The notes below the pieces were generated by a model. It was not told where the DNA came from, did no database searches, and was given only the letters and a program-made list of their open reading frames with translations. Of a DNA stretch of 59,911 bases, positions 39,134 to 50,760 are shown in pieces. How positions within the stretch are numbered: the stretch's first letter is position 1; every line of letters starts with the position of its first letter. The DNA comes from a virus (lineage: Duplodnaviria > Caudoviricetes): positions 1 to 59,911 of the IMG/VR virus record IMGVR_UViG_3300044632_001473, one strand, 5' to 3'. Both the position numbers and the translations under genes were made by a program.

Positions 39134-40657
39134 TTAATCTCCTAAATCGTAATTTAATAATATAATGTTGTTTACTTTAATTCTAATATTATCAATCTCA
39201 TCTGATCCACCACTACAATTACTTCTATATCTTGCATACATATCTTGAACAAATGTACTGCCTGTTGGTGTCCATGTTGTATATGTCGTTCCATTTATAC
39301 TATATTCCACAGTTGTATCTGGAGTTACAGGTCCACTTGTTCCATTAAAAGTAAATGTTACAGTTGAGACACCGGCATTATATGGTGTACTACCATCTTG
39401 GCAATATTCATTTAAAGGTGTTCCCTGTCCTATAGTTGCGGTTATACTTACAACATTACCCGCAACACCCGCCCCTCCACCAGAACCTCCAGCGGTAATA
39501 CAATCAGGACATGCATTGGTTCCTGTAAAATATCCATCCATGTATATTGGTGCTGTTTGAGTATATTCAAAATAAAATGGTTTTGCTTTATATGTCGTTT
39601 TAGTTGTAACTCTTCTACATACATTATCATCTAAATCTGTGGTAATAACGTCATTTACCGCCACATCGTCATTATCCGTCCAAATAGGTGACATATATTG
39701 ATCTATTACACCATCACATCTTGTCGTTTCCATCATATAATATAAGTCACAACTATTACAATTTGCAATAGAGCTTCCGTTCAAAACAATACCCGGAGGT
39801 ACCGTTAACGTAGCAAAAACACTATTTACCAATGGACCGTCATATCCACCAATCATACTTCCCCATGTTACACAATAACTATCTAATACATTTCCATTTT
39901 GGTCATATTCAATTACAGGGTAAATTGAACCCGAAACCATTACCGGCGCACTTAAATTATTCGCATAAGCTACATTTTCTGCACCTGATCCACATACTGT
40001 CACAGTGTAACCACTATATGTAAATCCTGCAAATTCACCATATATACAATCATAACATGTCCCATCAAATGGAGATATTCCATCAAGATTTATTGTCCAA
40101 TTTTCAGTTGGTGAAATCTCAATAACTGACCAACAATTATCACCAATGTCATAAACTGTTCCTTCTGTGATTTCAGCGGAAGACCTACCAATTGCCGATG
40201 GTACATATTCCTCCCCGAATCCACATGGGTCGGAATAATCCATAACTAAACTTTGCATTCCCCAATCTATTGTTTCATAATATTCCGCCACCATTGCTTC
40301 AGTCATACAAACATCAATAATTAACTGAGGACCAAATGGAAATTTAGTGACTTCTTTTCCTGCATATCTTAAATCACTACAATCACCTAAAGCATAATAA
40401 TAATATGTTGCGTCAGGTATATTTTGAATTGTTAAAAATCTGTCTGTTCCGTCACAAGTTCCAGTTGAACTCATTTTTATTACCTTAGTGGTATCAGAAA
40501 CTGTGTATACTGCTCCTGTTAATAAACTAGCTCTAGTTACTCCCGTTGCAAGGGCCGTTCCACTACAAGATGCACTACTAACACTGGTACATTCATATAA
40601 ATTAAATGGACCTGTTACTGTTGTTGCGGTTATTGTTATTGTAATTTGAAATGACAT
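39134..40657 (-). CDS. Cys-rich putative virion protein with the shared N-terminal 'GPFNLY' domain
   Basis: 507 aa; many Cys and CxxC pairs. Confidence 0.65.
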   Translation of the reverse strand: MSFQITITITATTVTGPFNLYECTSVSSASCSGTALATGVTRASLLTGAVYTVSDTTKVIKMSSTGTCDGTDRFLTIQNIPDATYYYYALGDCSDLRYAGKEVTKFPFGPQLIIDVCMTEAMVAEYYETIDWGMQSLVMDYSDPCGFGEEYVPSAIGRSSAEITEGTVYDIGDNCWSVIEISPTENWTINLDGISPFDGTCYDCIYGEFAGFTYSGYTVTVCGSGAENVAYANNLSAPVMVSGSIYPVIEYDQNGNVLDSYCVTWGSMIGGYDGPLVNSVFATLTVPPGIVLNGSSIANCNSCDLYYMMETTRCDGVIDQYMSPIWTDNDDVAVNDVITTDLDDNVCRRVTTKTTYKAKPFYFEYTQTAPIYMDGYFTGTNACPDCITAGGSGGGAGVAGNVVSITATIGQGTPLNEYCQDGSTPYNAGVSTVTFTFNGTSGPVTPDTTVEYSINGTTYTTWTPTGSTFVQDMYARYRSNCSGGSDEIDNIRIKVNNIILLNYDLGD

Positions 40658-40681
40658 ATATTATTTATAACTTTTTATTTT

Positions 40682-41857
40682 TTAATCGCACGCACATCCC
40701 GTACCGGTATATGTTTTTATTTCATAATTTGCTGGTGACGTATATTGAATACCATTAAGTGGTGAGAAACAATTGCCTTCAATTGTTATACCTGATGGTG
40801 CACTACCACTAAGTGCTACCGAATATATCGGTGATACACCTGAAGTTGGTCCTGTACATCTAACATAATCATAATAGGATTCTGGTATAGGAGTTACGGT
40901 AGGTCCTGGAGTTGGGGTAGGTGGGTTTGAACAAGAAGTACAAGATGTTTGTGCTGTTCCGGTTTGTGCTGAACCATCTCTTTTAAACTCTCTTTCATCC
41001 GTTCCATTAGACACCCAAAAAGTGTCATCATTTGTCATATCACCATATACGTTACCGTATGTGGGTGATGATAAACCTAATACCTTAGTTAAAGTACATA
41101 ATGATGTACCTCTAACTGTTACATTTACTGCCGCATATTCACCACCGCTACAAGCTGATGGACCATTATTTAAACTCACATAACCACTAAATGTAGTTTC
41201 AAATGGAGTAGGAGTTGGGTCTGGTGTTACAGTTGGTGTTGCAGTTGGTGTTACGGTTGGATTCGGTGTAGCGGTTGGTGTTGGTGTTACGGTTGGATTC
41301 GGTGTCGGTGTTGGTCCCACCGCAGTTGCGGTTGGTGTTACCGTTGGTGTGCTAGTAGGATTTGGTGTTGGTGTTGGTAACGTATTACCATAAACTGCAC
41401 TACCATTGAAATCACAACCCGGTGTTGGTGTTGGTGTAGGTGATGGTGTTGGTGTAGGAGTTGGTGTATTAGTTGGTGGTGGTGTTGGTGTTAAAGTTGG
41501 AGTCGCTGTTGGTGTGGCTGTTGGTGTAGGTGATGGGGTCGGAGTTGGTGTAGGTGTAGGGATACCAATAATACAAATACTTAATGGTGGATTATCTATA
41601 CAAACTCCTTTAAAACGTATTTGTATTTTCTTAGTTAATGGTGATGGTGCTGTGAATGTATAACCAGTACTTGCGGTTAAACCTGTAATACCATCTCCTC
41701 TCGGTACGTCAACTAAAAACGGTGTTGTTGATATTTCACTCGCACTACAATTTTGTCCATAAATTCCCGTATTATCAGTTACCGAATATAAATCAAAGGG
41801 ACCACAACCGGGACCTACTTCATCATGATTAACAAAAATTTTAGCAACAAACGACAT
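40682..41857 (-). CDS. PT-linker, Cys-rich putative virion protein
   Basis: 391 aa; N-terminal GPFDLY domain; CDF motif; shared Cys domain. Confidence 0.65.
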   Translation of the reverse strand: MSFVAKIFVNHDEVGPGCGPFDLYSVTDNTGIYGQNCSASEISTTPFLVDVPRGDGITGLTASTGYTFTAPSPLTKKIQIRFKGVCIDNPPLSICIIGIPTPTPTPTPSPTPTATPTATPTLTPTPPPTNTPTPTPTPSPTPTPTPGCDFNGSAVYGNTLPTPTPNPTSTPTVTPTATAVGPTPTPNPTVTPTPTATPNPTVTPTATPTVTPDPTPTPFETTFSGYVSLNNGPSACSGGEYAAVNVTVRGTSLCTLTKVLGLSSPTYGNVYGDMTNDDTFWVSNGTDEREFKRDGSAQTGTAQTSCTSCSNPPTPTPGPTVTPIPESYYDYVRCTGPTSGVSPIYSVALSGSAPSGITIEGNCFSPLNGIQYTSPANYEIKTYTGTGCACD

Positions 41858-41868
41858 AATAGTTTTTT

Positions 41869-42246
41869 TTAAAATCCAGACACATATAATGCACTTGGGT
41901 TATCATCAAATTCACAACAATAGATACAATCTGAATAGTATTCTTTTTCGTGTATGTTTATATTTTCAATAACATAGTTACCTGTTACGTTATCGGTTAT
42001 TCTTACCCAAAACTTTAAATTATTGTATTGATTTGGAAAAACTTCAGGATTTCTTTGATTCGGCCAATTTGTTGGATTATAATATGAATCAATTGTTGTA
42101 CCAGAAAGATTCAAAGTATTGGTTGTATTATTATTAGAATACGTTTGCCAAGATGTAACACTATTAGGTGTTGCACCCGTTTTAAACTCAACTTTATAGT
42201 TGGTACTAAAACCCGTTATATCATGTAATCTAATAACTAATCCCAT
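41869..42246 (-). CDS. Hypothetical virion-associated protein
   Basis: 125 aa; TATTTAT upstream. Confidence 0.6.
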   Translation of the reverse strand: MGLVIRLHDITGFSTNYKVEFKTGATPNSVTSWQTYSNNNTTNTLNLSGTTIDSYYNPTNWPNQRNPEVFPNQYNNLKFWVRITDNVTGNYVIENINIHEKEYYSDCIYCCEFDDNPSALYVSGF

Positions 42247-42279
42247 ATTCCAATAAATAGTGTTATCTATAAATTAAAT

Positions 42280-42307
42280 AAAAAACCCCTTATAATAAAG
42301 GGGTTTT
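42280..42307 (-). terminator. Intrinsic terminator
   Basis: aaaacccctt...aaggggtttt. Confidence 0.75.
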
Positions 42308-42331
42308 AATATTGTTATTTGTTTAAATAAA

Positions 42332-42826
42332 TTATTCACAATCGGAACAATCAACATTTGTGGTACAAGGTGTTGCGCAAGGCACTGATGTCATTAATCC
42401 AGAGTCAGAATCTATTTCTGTACCATTTCGTACACATACTGTTCTAGAAGAACCTGGTCCAACAAGCAATGAGGATAAAACATTATCTAAACATCTATAA
42501 TATGTGAATGTTATACCACCATCGTCTCGTCCTCCCTCATTATAAACCGTATAACATTCACAAGGTAATACTGGTTCAGATGTGGCCCAAGCTATTTGAG
42601 TTGTACAAAATCCACCACTTTCGGAACCTGTACTTGTAATTGTTCCTCCTGTTATTGAATCCGATAAACCTGTTGCGGTGTATCCAGTTGTAAGTACTGC
42701 TCTTGTTATTCCTGATGCAATAAAAACTCCGTTTAGTGCTCCACCACTTGTTGTGCCTGATATACTATAGTTACCAGATTGTGTGGTTCCTGATGTTGCT
42801 GCCGTTAATTTAAATGTTATGTTCAT
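42332..42826 (-). CDS. Two-domain protein: shared N-terminal domain plus a Cys-rich tip duplicated from the upstream gene
   Basis: 164 aa; C-terminus near-identical to that of 42874..49149. Confidence 0.75.
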   Translation of the reverse strand: MNITFKLTAATSGTTQSGNYSISGTTSGGALNGVFIASGITRAVLTTGYTATGLSDSITGGTITSTGSESGGFCTTQIAWATSEPVLPCECYTVYNEGGRDDGGITFTYYRCLDNVLSSLLVGPGSSRTVCVRNGTEIDSDSGLMTSVPCATPCTTNVDCSDCE

Positions 42827-43101
42827 ATGTCTTATTTCTTTTTATAAATATCTAGTTATTTTAATTATTTTTACTAACACTCCAAACAATCACCATTTGT
42901 AGTACATGGGCCTGGACAAGGCACTGATGTCATTAATACGGAGTCAGAGTCTATATCTGTACCATTTCGTACACATACTGCTCTAGAAGACCCTGGTCCA
43001 ACACTCAATGAGGTTAAAACATTATCTACACATCTATAATATGTGAATGTTATGGCACCATCGTCTCGTCCACCCTCATTATAAACCGTATAACATTCAC
43101 A
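42378..43101 (-). repeat. 185-bp direct repeat (42378-42562 / 42917-43101) encoding a Cys-rich C-terminal domain
   Basis: Manual alignment gives 13 mismatches in 185 nt and no indels. Confidence 0.9.
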
Positions 43102-46100
43102 ACTTGAAGGGTTAGGTGTTACCGTTGGTGTACTTGTCGGTAATGGTGTATTTGTTGCAGTTGGTTCTGGTGTTGGTGTTGCTGATGGACAAGTTACACA
43201 AGCCTCTTGTGGATATGCTCTATTAGATGATCCGAATTTACGATAATATCTTGATTGTCCCGATCCTTCACTTAACCAGAAATACCCGTTTATATCAATT
43301 TCTGCTTGAATAATGGTACCTTCAATATAACTATTAGCTTCGCACATTGTTCCATAAAATCCATTAAATTGATATGCAAAGTATGGTGTAAAGCTTCCAC
43401 CATTACACGCATCATATCCACTATCTAAACTAACATATGCCGTAAATGAAGTTGGTGGTATTGGAGTTAGTGTTGGTGTACTAGTAGGTTCTGGAGTTAC
43501 CGTTGGTGTACTAGTAGGTTCTGGAGTTACCGTTGGTGTGCTAGTTGGATTAGGTGTTACAGTTGGTGTACTGGTTGGATTAGGTGTTACAGTTGGTGTA
43601 CTAGTAGGTTCTGGTGTTAGTGTTGGTGTACTAGTAGGTTCTGGTGTTAGTGTTGGTGTACTTGTCGGTAATGGTGTGTTGGTTGCAGTAGGTTCCGGTG
43701 TGCTAGTTGGTAATGGTGTATTTGTTGCTGTTGGTAATGGTGTATTAGTTGGTAATGGTGTTGGTGTATTAGTTGGTAATGGAGTTGGTGTGCTCGTTAT
43801 AATAGTTAAATCCACATCAAAATCACAATTCGGTAATGGGGTTGGTACCGGTGTGTTGGTTGGTAATGGAGTTGGTGTACTTGTTATAATAGTTAAATCC
43901 ACATCAAAATCACATACTGGTGTTGGTGTTGGAGTTACAGTTGGAGTCGGTGTTGGAGTTGGTGTAAATGTTGGTTCTGGTGTTGGTGTTAGAGTTGGTG
44001 TTGCAGTTGGAGTTACAGTTGGGTCAGGCGTAGGTGTTGGTGTTACAGTTGGATTAGGGGTTACTGTTGGTTCAGGAGTTGGAGTGCTAGTAATTATTGT
44101 TAAATCCACATCAAAATCACATACTGGTGTAGGTGTTGGTAATGGAGTTACTGTTGGTTCAGGAGTTGGAGTGCTAGTAATGATTGTTAAGTCTACGTCA
44201 AAGTCACACGCTGGTGTTGGTGTTGGAGTTACAGTTGGAGTCGGTGTTGGAGTTGGTGTACTAGTTATTATAGTTAAGTCTACGTCAAAATCACATACCG
44301 GTGTTGGTGTTGGGGTAACTGTAGGAGTTGGTGTAGGAGTTGGAGTGCTAGTAATTATTGTTAAATCAACATCAAAGTCGCACACTGGTGTTGGTGTTGG
44401 AGTTACAGTTGGAGTCGGTGTTGGAGTTGGTGTACTAGTAATGATTGTTAAATCCACATCAAAGTCGCACACTGGTGTTGGTGTTGGAGTTACAGTTGGT
44501 GTAGGAGTTGGAGTTGGTGTACTTGTTATAATTGTCAAATCTACATCAAAGTCACATACTGGTGTTGGTGTTGGTGTTGGTGTTGGAGTACTAGTAATAA
44601 TTGTTAAATCCACATCAAAATCACATACTGGTGTAGGTGTAACAGTTGGTGTTGATGTTACCGTAGGAGTTGGTGTAACGGTTGGTGTTGGTGTTAAAGT
44701 AGGTGTTGTTGTTGGAGTACTAGTTGGTACTGGTGTTGCAGTTGGTGCTGGTGTTGCAGTTGGTGCTGGTGTTGCAGTTGGTGCTGGTGTTAACGTTGGC
44801 GTACTAGTTGGTAAAGGAGTTGGAGTACTAGTTGGTAAAGGAGTTGGGGTTGTATATAAAAAAGGGCTATTACAATCACGTGCTTCTAAACATTCTGTAT
44901 TTCCGTTATAAGTTCTCGTTAAGGATTCTACTGTTGGTGGTGTTACGTAACATGGGTCTTCGGTATCAAATGGACCACATACAGAATCAATATAGAATTG
45001 TTGTGTCTTTAAATCAACTCCATTATTTTTTACATATTTGTGTTGTAAAATAAATTGTTGATTATTAATACCATTGAATAAAATTAAATTTGTTACCGAT
45101 TGAGAGACATTTATATTAAAATATAAATCCGCGTCACAATACTCTAAATTAACTGAAATTACTTCAAATAGTTCTCCGTTTTTAGAAATTAAATAATCAC
45201 CATAATCGTAATAATCCTCATTATGATTACAACAAGGTTCAATAGGTGTTTCAGGTTTTACTTGTAATTGCTCAGCATATCTATTGTCAATAAAATGACT
45301 TTTAGTTCTAACAACTTCATTACCTGAAATATCTTTATTTGTATAAATCCTTAATTTTGTTGTCGGTAAAACTTCAATCTCAATATTCGTACCTCCTGTA
45401 ATTGGTCTAACTGTTACAACATTCTTTTTTATTGAAGCTAAAGTATCTTTAGATGTTACCGTTAAACCTGTTGTATTGTGTAATTGACTATAATCATTTT
45501 CTTCACTAAAATTTACAAATTGTTGATGTGTAAATCCTGTTAGTGAATTTTGTGTGACTGACATTAAAACATCACCAGGTATAATGTCCTTTACTTGTTT
45601 TGTTGTACCATTATTTAAAACAACATATGTGTCATATTTTAATCCATAATCATATGAATTTCTATATTCAATATTTGGAACAACTGTAAAACCAAGATTA
45701 TTTACATTTATATCGTCTTCAATTAGTCCTGTTGTTGATGGATTATCTTCATGTAGGTATTCTACATATTGTAAACTTAATCCATTAATTCTAACTTTCA
45801 AGTTACAGTTAGCTGCGTCTGTGAATAATAAATCAATAACGTCGTCTTCTTCAAATCCTAAAATAATACTACCACTATTACTACCAACCAATGGTACAAC
45901 ACTAACATTTGTATTTGTAAAATTATCTATTTTATAATAATCACTGAAAGTATCTTTATGGATATATACTGATGGGTATGAACCAATTGAACCACTTTGA
46001 ATAAATTGTGTTGTTCCTGTAATGTTGAATACAATATCTGCGTTTAGTTTACAATCAGTTCCTCCAGTATAAATCACAGGTAAATTATCGTTACATATTG

Positions 46101-49100
46101 TTGTAAATTCAACATCAATTCCACAAGAAGATGTTGCAGTTGGGGTTGTTATAAATCTATAATCAAAATAATCATTTACAGAACAATCATATGTGTCATT
46201 TTTTATTGAATTGAATTTAACTTTTTCAATTCCATCTACGTCAGTAAAAAATTCATACTCAATTTTCTTTTTTGGTAATATTGAACCAGTTAAAGAACTT
46301 ATAGTAGTCCCTGTATTAAAAGAATTATATGATGATGTGTATTGATTAAAAAGTGTTTTACCTGTATAATCTATTTCAGTATATAGTGAGCCTGTCACTA
46401 TTATACTTTTATCAAAACCTGGATAGTTACCTAATTCACCATTTATGTTATCAATAACATTTACCAATGCATTTTGCCATAATGTTTTTATTGAACCTGT
46501 GTCAGGACTAACATGATTTTTATAATCACATATTAAAGGTAAACTACCTGTTATAGTTGTATTACCCGTTAAACCAGTTATTATAAATGAATTAAATAAT
46601 TTTGCACTACTACCTCCATTAGTTGTTCCACTTATAGTTACCGACGCACCACTATACGTTGTACCGTCAATTTCAACTACAGGATAATAAACAAAACTAG
46701 GCACTTGTATAAGTCCTCTAAAATTTTGATATAATCCTGAATTATCTTCTCCACCGGCAAGTAATGTTTCTAAATCTTCTTCAATTGCATTTTCAAAATC
46801 AGGATATAATTCTTCAACGAATTCTTTTGGTTGACATCCGTACTTATATTGATATTTTGAACGACCGAACATACCATTACTAACTAAATTACCTCCAGTC
46901 CACAACGTTGTTGCTGGTATGAATTGTTCCAAAATTTGAACCCAATATGGGCTCATTTTATTGATGAACTCATTTATGTCTATTAAATTATAAGGTGTAA
47001 ATTCAGTACTATTAATATAGTCTTCATAGATTTTCTCTAACTTAATATAATTTTTTCTATACTTAATTGAATGTGAATTTCTTATTTGTTGATTAATTGT
47101 TTTTTCAACAAATTCTGCGAAAGACATTTCTTGTGTTTGACCTGATGTAAGTGTTCCAAAATTTAATGATAAATTTCTTGACTTACGATGTATATCATAA
47201 TCAATACCTTGTGAAGGTGAAATAAAAATATTAATATTTTTTCTACCTAAAATATATGGTGAGACATCGTCAATTAAGTCTGTTTGGTCATTGTCAATTT
47301 CAGATTGTAATTCGTAACCAAAATCTAAACCAGGTAATGTTCTATATAAATCAAAATAATCTTCACCATACGTATATGGTTTATTTTTTGTTACAATATT
47401 TTTTGTCTTACCTGTTGTAGTTGAATTATCTTCATCTATCATTAATGATGAACGATGTTGTAATGTTAAATCATACCAACCAGAACCTTTTTGAAAGAAG
47501 TAGTCTCCCGTAGTTCCCGTAATTGCTCTTGGTGAGAAAGACTCTTCCTCAACAGGATAACCTGCTCTATCCAATATTGTTGAACCTGTAGTTGTTTTTG
47601 ATGTATATGTGTATCCTGAAAGTGTAAATTCTTTTGTTGTTGTTACTCTTGTTCCTGATATTAAATCATATATATCACTTTCTAAATCAAATGACTTAGG
47701 TAATGAGGTTACTTTATAAATGAATTGGTCAATTTGTATTAATGGTTCTGGTGCACCTAAGAACTTTAAGAAAAATTCAATAGATTTTCTAGTTCCTTTT
47801 GATTTATATAAGTGAACTAAATTAACCAACAATCTTCTATAAAATTCATACTCAGCATCAGTTGCTGATATTGGTGAACCGACACCTCCATATTGTGTGT
47901 CTACTTTTGTATATAATAAATCGTCAAGTGTTTTACCTTCAAGTAAATTAACACTTTCTAATCCTAAAGTATTTGCTAAATTTTTTAATAAGATATCAGG
48001 TAGATTATTAACACCATCATAACTTACATTTCTCATGTAAGCAATATTATCTATGAACTTTTTTACTTTATCAAATGACTGTCCGTATAATTGAAAAATT
48101 GATTCCGCTTTTTTATCTTCAGTATCAAATTCAAATAATTGAGGTGATGTTAAAAATCTTACAAATAAATTTGATTTATAATCATCAATTTCATTTGCAA
48201 TATCAATTAAATCCTCAATATATGTTTCGTAATCCAAACCTACAATTTGTAAGTTCCAATTATCTTTACCCGACACCGGCCAATTGTGTTCAACAAAAAT
48301 TATTTCAGTTTTTGAACCGTCAAACGTATCTCTTGGCACATTAAAACTTGCGGTATAAATCGGTGTTGTTTCTCTATTTAAAAGACTTGATTCTAAATCA
48401 TCTAAACCTAAGAAAAACTCTTCGGTAACACCATTATTTGGTCTTATTAAAATACTGTCACTATATTGACTAACTCCATTAAATGGATTACCTTTTACTT
48501 TTAATGTTGATACATTATCAGTATTAGGTTCTGTATATGTTAAAACATCATATGTAATATTATCAATATGTAAAACATATTTTTTATATGATGAATAAAA
48601 ATTTCTTAATGGATTTTCAACTACAACCTCAACATTGGTTAACGGTTTTTGAATTAAAATATCAAATGGGTTGTATAACATACCCGATTCAAAACTAAAT
48701 AATGTTGTATCTGTTAATACATCATATTGTATATTAAAAGCAGTAAACCCGCTTACGGTTACAAAACTATCTTTATCAATTGTAATACCAGCTGGAAATT
48801 TTTTTATTATATTTTTAACCGAAACGTAAATTCTTTGATTTAATGAACCAAATAATGATTTTGCAGCATCTTTCTTTTCACCCTTAAATTTTATTTCCTT
48901 TTTTCTTGGTGTTTTTGCTGACTTTAATTCTCCAGTTTCAGTTTCACCTTTTAAATCATCTAACGTTAAAAAGTCCGAAAATGGATTTGTTTTAAATGTT
49001 TTCGGGTCACGTTGAATAATTGGATTATCTAAATTAAAGTTCGTATTAGTCAATTGACCAGTACCAGTGGTGATTTGAACACCTACTAAATTATCACTGA

Positions 49101-49149
49101 ACGTATCAGCACCACTTGCAGCTTGACTAGGAACTTTTCTTCTTGCCAT
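42874..49149 (-). CDS. Large baseplate wedge-like protein with a degenerate Hint domain, PT stalk and Cys-rich tips
   Basis: 2091 aa; [25 protein letters not shown] resembles the gpI/wedge motif. Confidence 0.7.
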   Translation of the reverse strand: MARRKVPSQAASGADTFSDNLVGVQITTGTGQLTNTNFNLDNPIIQRDPKTFKTNPFSDFLTLDDLKGETETGELKSAKTPRKKEIKFKGEKKDAAKSLFGSLNQRIYVSVKNIIKKFPAGITIDKDSFVTVSGFTAFNIQYDVLTDTTLFSFESGMLYNPFDILIQKPLTNVEVVVENPLRNFYSSYKKYVLHIDNITYDVLTYTEPNTDNVSTLKVKGNPFNGVSQYSDSILIRPNNGVTEEFFLGLDDLESSLLNRETTPIYTASFNVPRDTFDGSKTEIIFVEHNWPVSGKDNWNLQIVGLDYETYIEDLIDIANEIDDYKSNLFVRFLTSPQLFEFDTEDKKAESIFQLYGQSFDKVKKFIDNIAYMRNVSYDGVNNLPDILLKNLANTLGLESVNLLEGKTLDDLLYTKVDTQYGGVGSPISATDAEYEFYRRLLVNLVHLYKSKGTRKSIEFFLKFLGAPEPLIQIDQFIYKVTSLPKSFDLESDIYDLISGTRVTTTKEFTLSGYTYTSKTTTGSTILDRAGYPVEEESFSPRAITGTTGDYFFQKGSGWYDLTLQHRSSLMIDEDNSTTTGKTKNIVTKNKPYTYGEDYFDLYRTLPGLDFGYELQSEIDNDQTDLIDDVSPYILGRKNINIFISPSQGIDYDIHRKSRNLSLNFGTLTSGQTQEMSFAEFVEKTINQQIRNSHSIKYRKNYIKLEKIYEDYINSTEFTPYNLIDINEFINKMSPYWVQILEQFIPATTLWTGGNLVSNGMFGRSKYQYKYGCQPKEFVEELYPDFENAIEEDLETLLAGGEDNSGLYQNFRGLIQVPSFVYYPVVEIDGTTYSGASVTISGTTNGGSSAKLFNSFIITGLTGNTTITGSLPLICDYKNHVSPDTGSIKTLWQNALVNVIDNINGELGNYPGFDKSIIVTGSLYTEIDYTGKTLFNQYTSSYNSFNTGTTISSLTGSILPKKKIEYEFFTDVDGIEKVKFNSIKNDTYDCSVNDYFDYRFITTPTATSSCGIDVEFTTICNDNLPVIYTGGTDCKLNADIVFNITGTTQFIQSGSIGSYPSVYIHKDTFSDYYKIDNFTNTNVSVVPLVGSNSGSIILGFEEDDVIDLLFTDAANCNLKVRINGLSLQYVEYLHEDNPSTTGLIEDDINVNNLGFTVVPNIEYRNSYDYGLKYDTYVVLNNGTTKQVKDIIPGDVLMSVTQNSLTGFTHQQFVNFSEENDYSQLHNTTGLTVTSKDTLASIKKNVVTVRPITGGTNIEIEVLPTTKLRIYTNKDISGNEVVRTKSHFIDNRYAEQLQVKPETPIEPCCNHNEDYYDYGDYLISKNGELFEVISVNLEYCDADLYFNINVSQSVTNLILFNGINNQQFILQHKYVKNNGVDLKTQQFYIDSVCGPFDTEDPCYVTPPTVESLTRTYNGNTECLEARDCNSPFLYTTPTPLPTSTPTPLPTSTPTLTPAPTATPAPTATPAPTATPVPTSTPTTTPTLTPTPTVTPTPTVTSTPTVTPTPVCDFDVDLTIITSTPTPTPTPTPVCDFDVDLTIITSTPTPTPTPTVTPTPTPVCDFDVDLTIITSTPTPTPTPTVTPTPTPVCDFDVDLTIITSTPTPTPTPTVTPTPTPVCDFDVDLTIITSTPTPTPTPTVTPTPTPACDFDVDLTIITSTPTPEPTVTPLPTPTPVCDFDVDLTIITSTPTPEPTVTPNPTVTPTPTPDPTVTPTATPTLTPTPEPTFTPTPTPTPTVTPTPTPVCDFDVDLTIITSTPTPLPTNTPVPTPLPNCDFDVDLTIITSTPTPLPTNTPTPLPTNTPLPTATNTPLPTSTPEPTATNTPLPTSTPTLTPEPTSTPTLTPEPTSTPTVTPNPTSTPTVTPNPTSTPTVTPEPTSTPTVTPEPTSTPTLTPIPPTSFTAYVSLDSGYDACNGGSFTPYFAYQFNGFYGTMCEANSYIEGTIIQAEIDINGYFWLSEGSGQSRYYRKFGSSNRAYPQEACVTCPSATPTPEPTATNTPLPTSTPTVTPNPSSCECYTVYNEGGRDDGAITFTYYRCVDNVLTSLSVGPGSSRAVCVRNGTDIDSDSVLMTSVPCPGPCTTNGDCLEC
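43790..44626 (-). repeat. Nine [12 protein letters not shown] modules separated by PT linkers
   Basis: Copies near 43808, 43895, 44102, 44190, 44276, 44364, 44451, 44537 and 44606. Confidence 0.9.
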
Positions 49150-50075
49150 TAAACGTTTGTAATTGTATCAAAATCTTGACTTTCGTCTATATCTGGTCTT
49201 TCTTCTCTGATTTCAAATAATGATTCGTTAAGATCATCTTTAATTTCAAATAAGTTATATTGTTTATAGATTGAGTTATTATTGTTGTTATCGTAAATCG
49301 TGTAAATACCTCTCGCAATGTCCTTACTTTGATTACCGTAAAGTGCATGTGCTAATGTAGATGAATCATGTTCTACCATTTCAACCTCAATAGTTGTTGG
49401 GTTGAAATAGGTATTTGTTAAAATAATCTTTTGAGCGGGACTACCTATAAACGGAATTGTATTCGGTTTATTTGATGGTGCGGAAGATGGTGTTATTGTT
49501 AAAAACATCAAATTACTTGCATTTTCACTATATTGGTATCTAACTGATTTTTGAGTACTACTTGATAAGTTAGCGGTAACGGGTGTACAATAAAAAGACG
49601 ATGTTACAACTTTATAAAAATTAGGTATTTTTTGATTGGTTAATGAATTAATATACTCAATTCTATATCCAACTAAACCCTGTGGTGTAAATTTATTTCT
49701 ATCACCTGATGGTACATTAGATAAGTCAATTACAACTCCTCTAACTGATGGTAATGAAGCTAAAACTCCACAATCCGTAATTGTTGTTCTAATTTGTTTT
49801 GGTCTGATGTGAAGTGTATATATACCTAAATCCGTAAAATCATCTGCGGATAGTTTTAAATTATACATTCCACCCAAAATTTCAACATTCTGTGCTTGAT
49901 TATCGTTTGTCGTTCCTGAATTATGATAAACAGGTGTCAAGACACTAATTGATGTTAATTTTTTTAACGTAACAGGTGCGGTTGTGGTTCTACCTGAGAC
50001 ATAATGATAGAATATATCCACATCATCTGGTGATACATCCGCCGGTCTAACTATCCCATAAGATCCAATTGCCAT
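49149..50075 (-). CDS. Putative baseplate/tail structural protein
   Basis: 308 aa, coupled to the wedge-like gene. Confidence 0.65.
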   Translation of the reverse strand: MAIGSYGIVRPADVSPDDVDIFYHYVSGRTTTAPVTLKKLTSISVLTPVYHNSGTTNDNQAQNVEILGGMYNLKLSADDFTDLGIYTLHIRPKQIRTTITDCGVLASLPSVRGVVIDLSNVPSGDRNKFTPQGLVGYRIEYINSLTNQKIPNFYKVVTSSFYCTPVTANLSSSTQKSVRYQYSENASNLMFLTITPSSAPSNKPNTIPFIGSPAQKIILTNTYFNPTTIEVEMVEHDSSTLAHALYGNQSKDIARGIYTIYDNNNNNSIYKQYNLFEIKDDLNESLFEIREERPDIDESQDFDTITNV

Positions 50076-50076
50076 A

Positions 50077-50742
50077 TTAAAATATTTTTAATTCTTCTTC
50101 GTTTATTGAACATTTAGTTCTTTTTTTTACATTTTCTTCCCAAGGAATAAATTCTAAGTTTATAATATTACCAATAATCCATGGACTTATCTTTTGTTTA
50201 AATCCCTCAACAATTGAAAATTTATGATCTAAATGATAATTTCCGTCCACCCCAGATACTCCTCTTTTATTAAAATTTAATAAGTTGTGGATTGGTTGTT
50301 TTTTAGTTATACTAACGACCTTTCTTTTGTATTTTTTAAAATCATTTAAATTTTTTAAAAAATCTTCATAAGATATTCCACTAAATCTTTTTAACATTCC
50401 AATAGTTGTACCTTCGCTTTTTGTTCTTCTTTAGTTTTATTTTGAAAGTATTTTCTCAATATAAGATTTATTCAACTTCGTTATTTTTGAGATTTCTTCC
50501 CTATTTTTATGTTCAACAACATATAATTCTTTTATTTTATTTTTTTGTTCTTCGGATAATATTATTTTTTTACCGTCACTTTTACCTTTTTTTAATAAAT
50601 TTAAATCTTTAAGTAATTTATTAATTGGCATTTTACTCATATTAAATGATTTTCCAATTTGTTCACAGGATAAATTTAAAACAGTATATTGATGTACTAT
50701 TTCATTAATGTCGGTTTTAGTAAAAATTATCCTATTACTCAT
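50077..50742 (-). pseudogene. HNH-type homing endonuclease interrupted by two in-frame TAA codons
   Basis: ORFs 50437..50742 and 50077..50397 are in the same frame (...LSK*N*RRTKSEG...); N-terminal HTH-like repeats; C-terminal YHLDH...NLEFIPWEEN. Confidence 0.75.
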
Positions 50743-50760
50743 ATGTTATAAATATATTTT

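Noticed and set aside
42378-43101. Diversity-generating retroelement TR/VR pair
   Set aside because: Mismatches are not adenine-specific on either strand, both copies are coding 3' ends, and there is no reverse transcriptase in the window
43790-44626. CRISPR-like array (~36-nt repeats with spacers)
   Set aside because: Repeats vary at synonymous positions, the 'spacers' are PT codons, everything is in frame within a CDS, and there are no cas genes
45035-45645. Active intein
   Set aside because: Lacks Cys/Ser1, the terminal His-Asn and a +1 nucleophile
50431-50439. Stop-codon reassignment
   Set aside because: All other genes are full length under code 11 and end in TAA, TAG or TGA, so this is a local event
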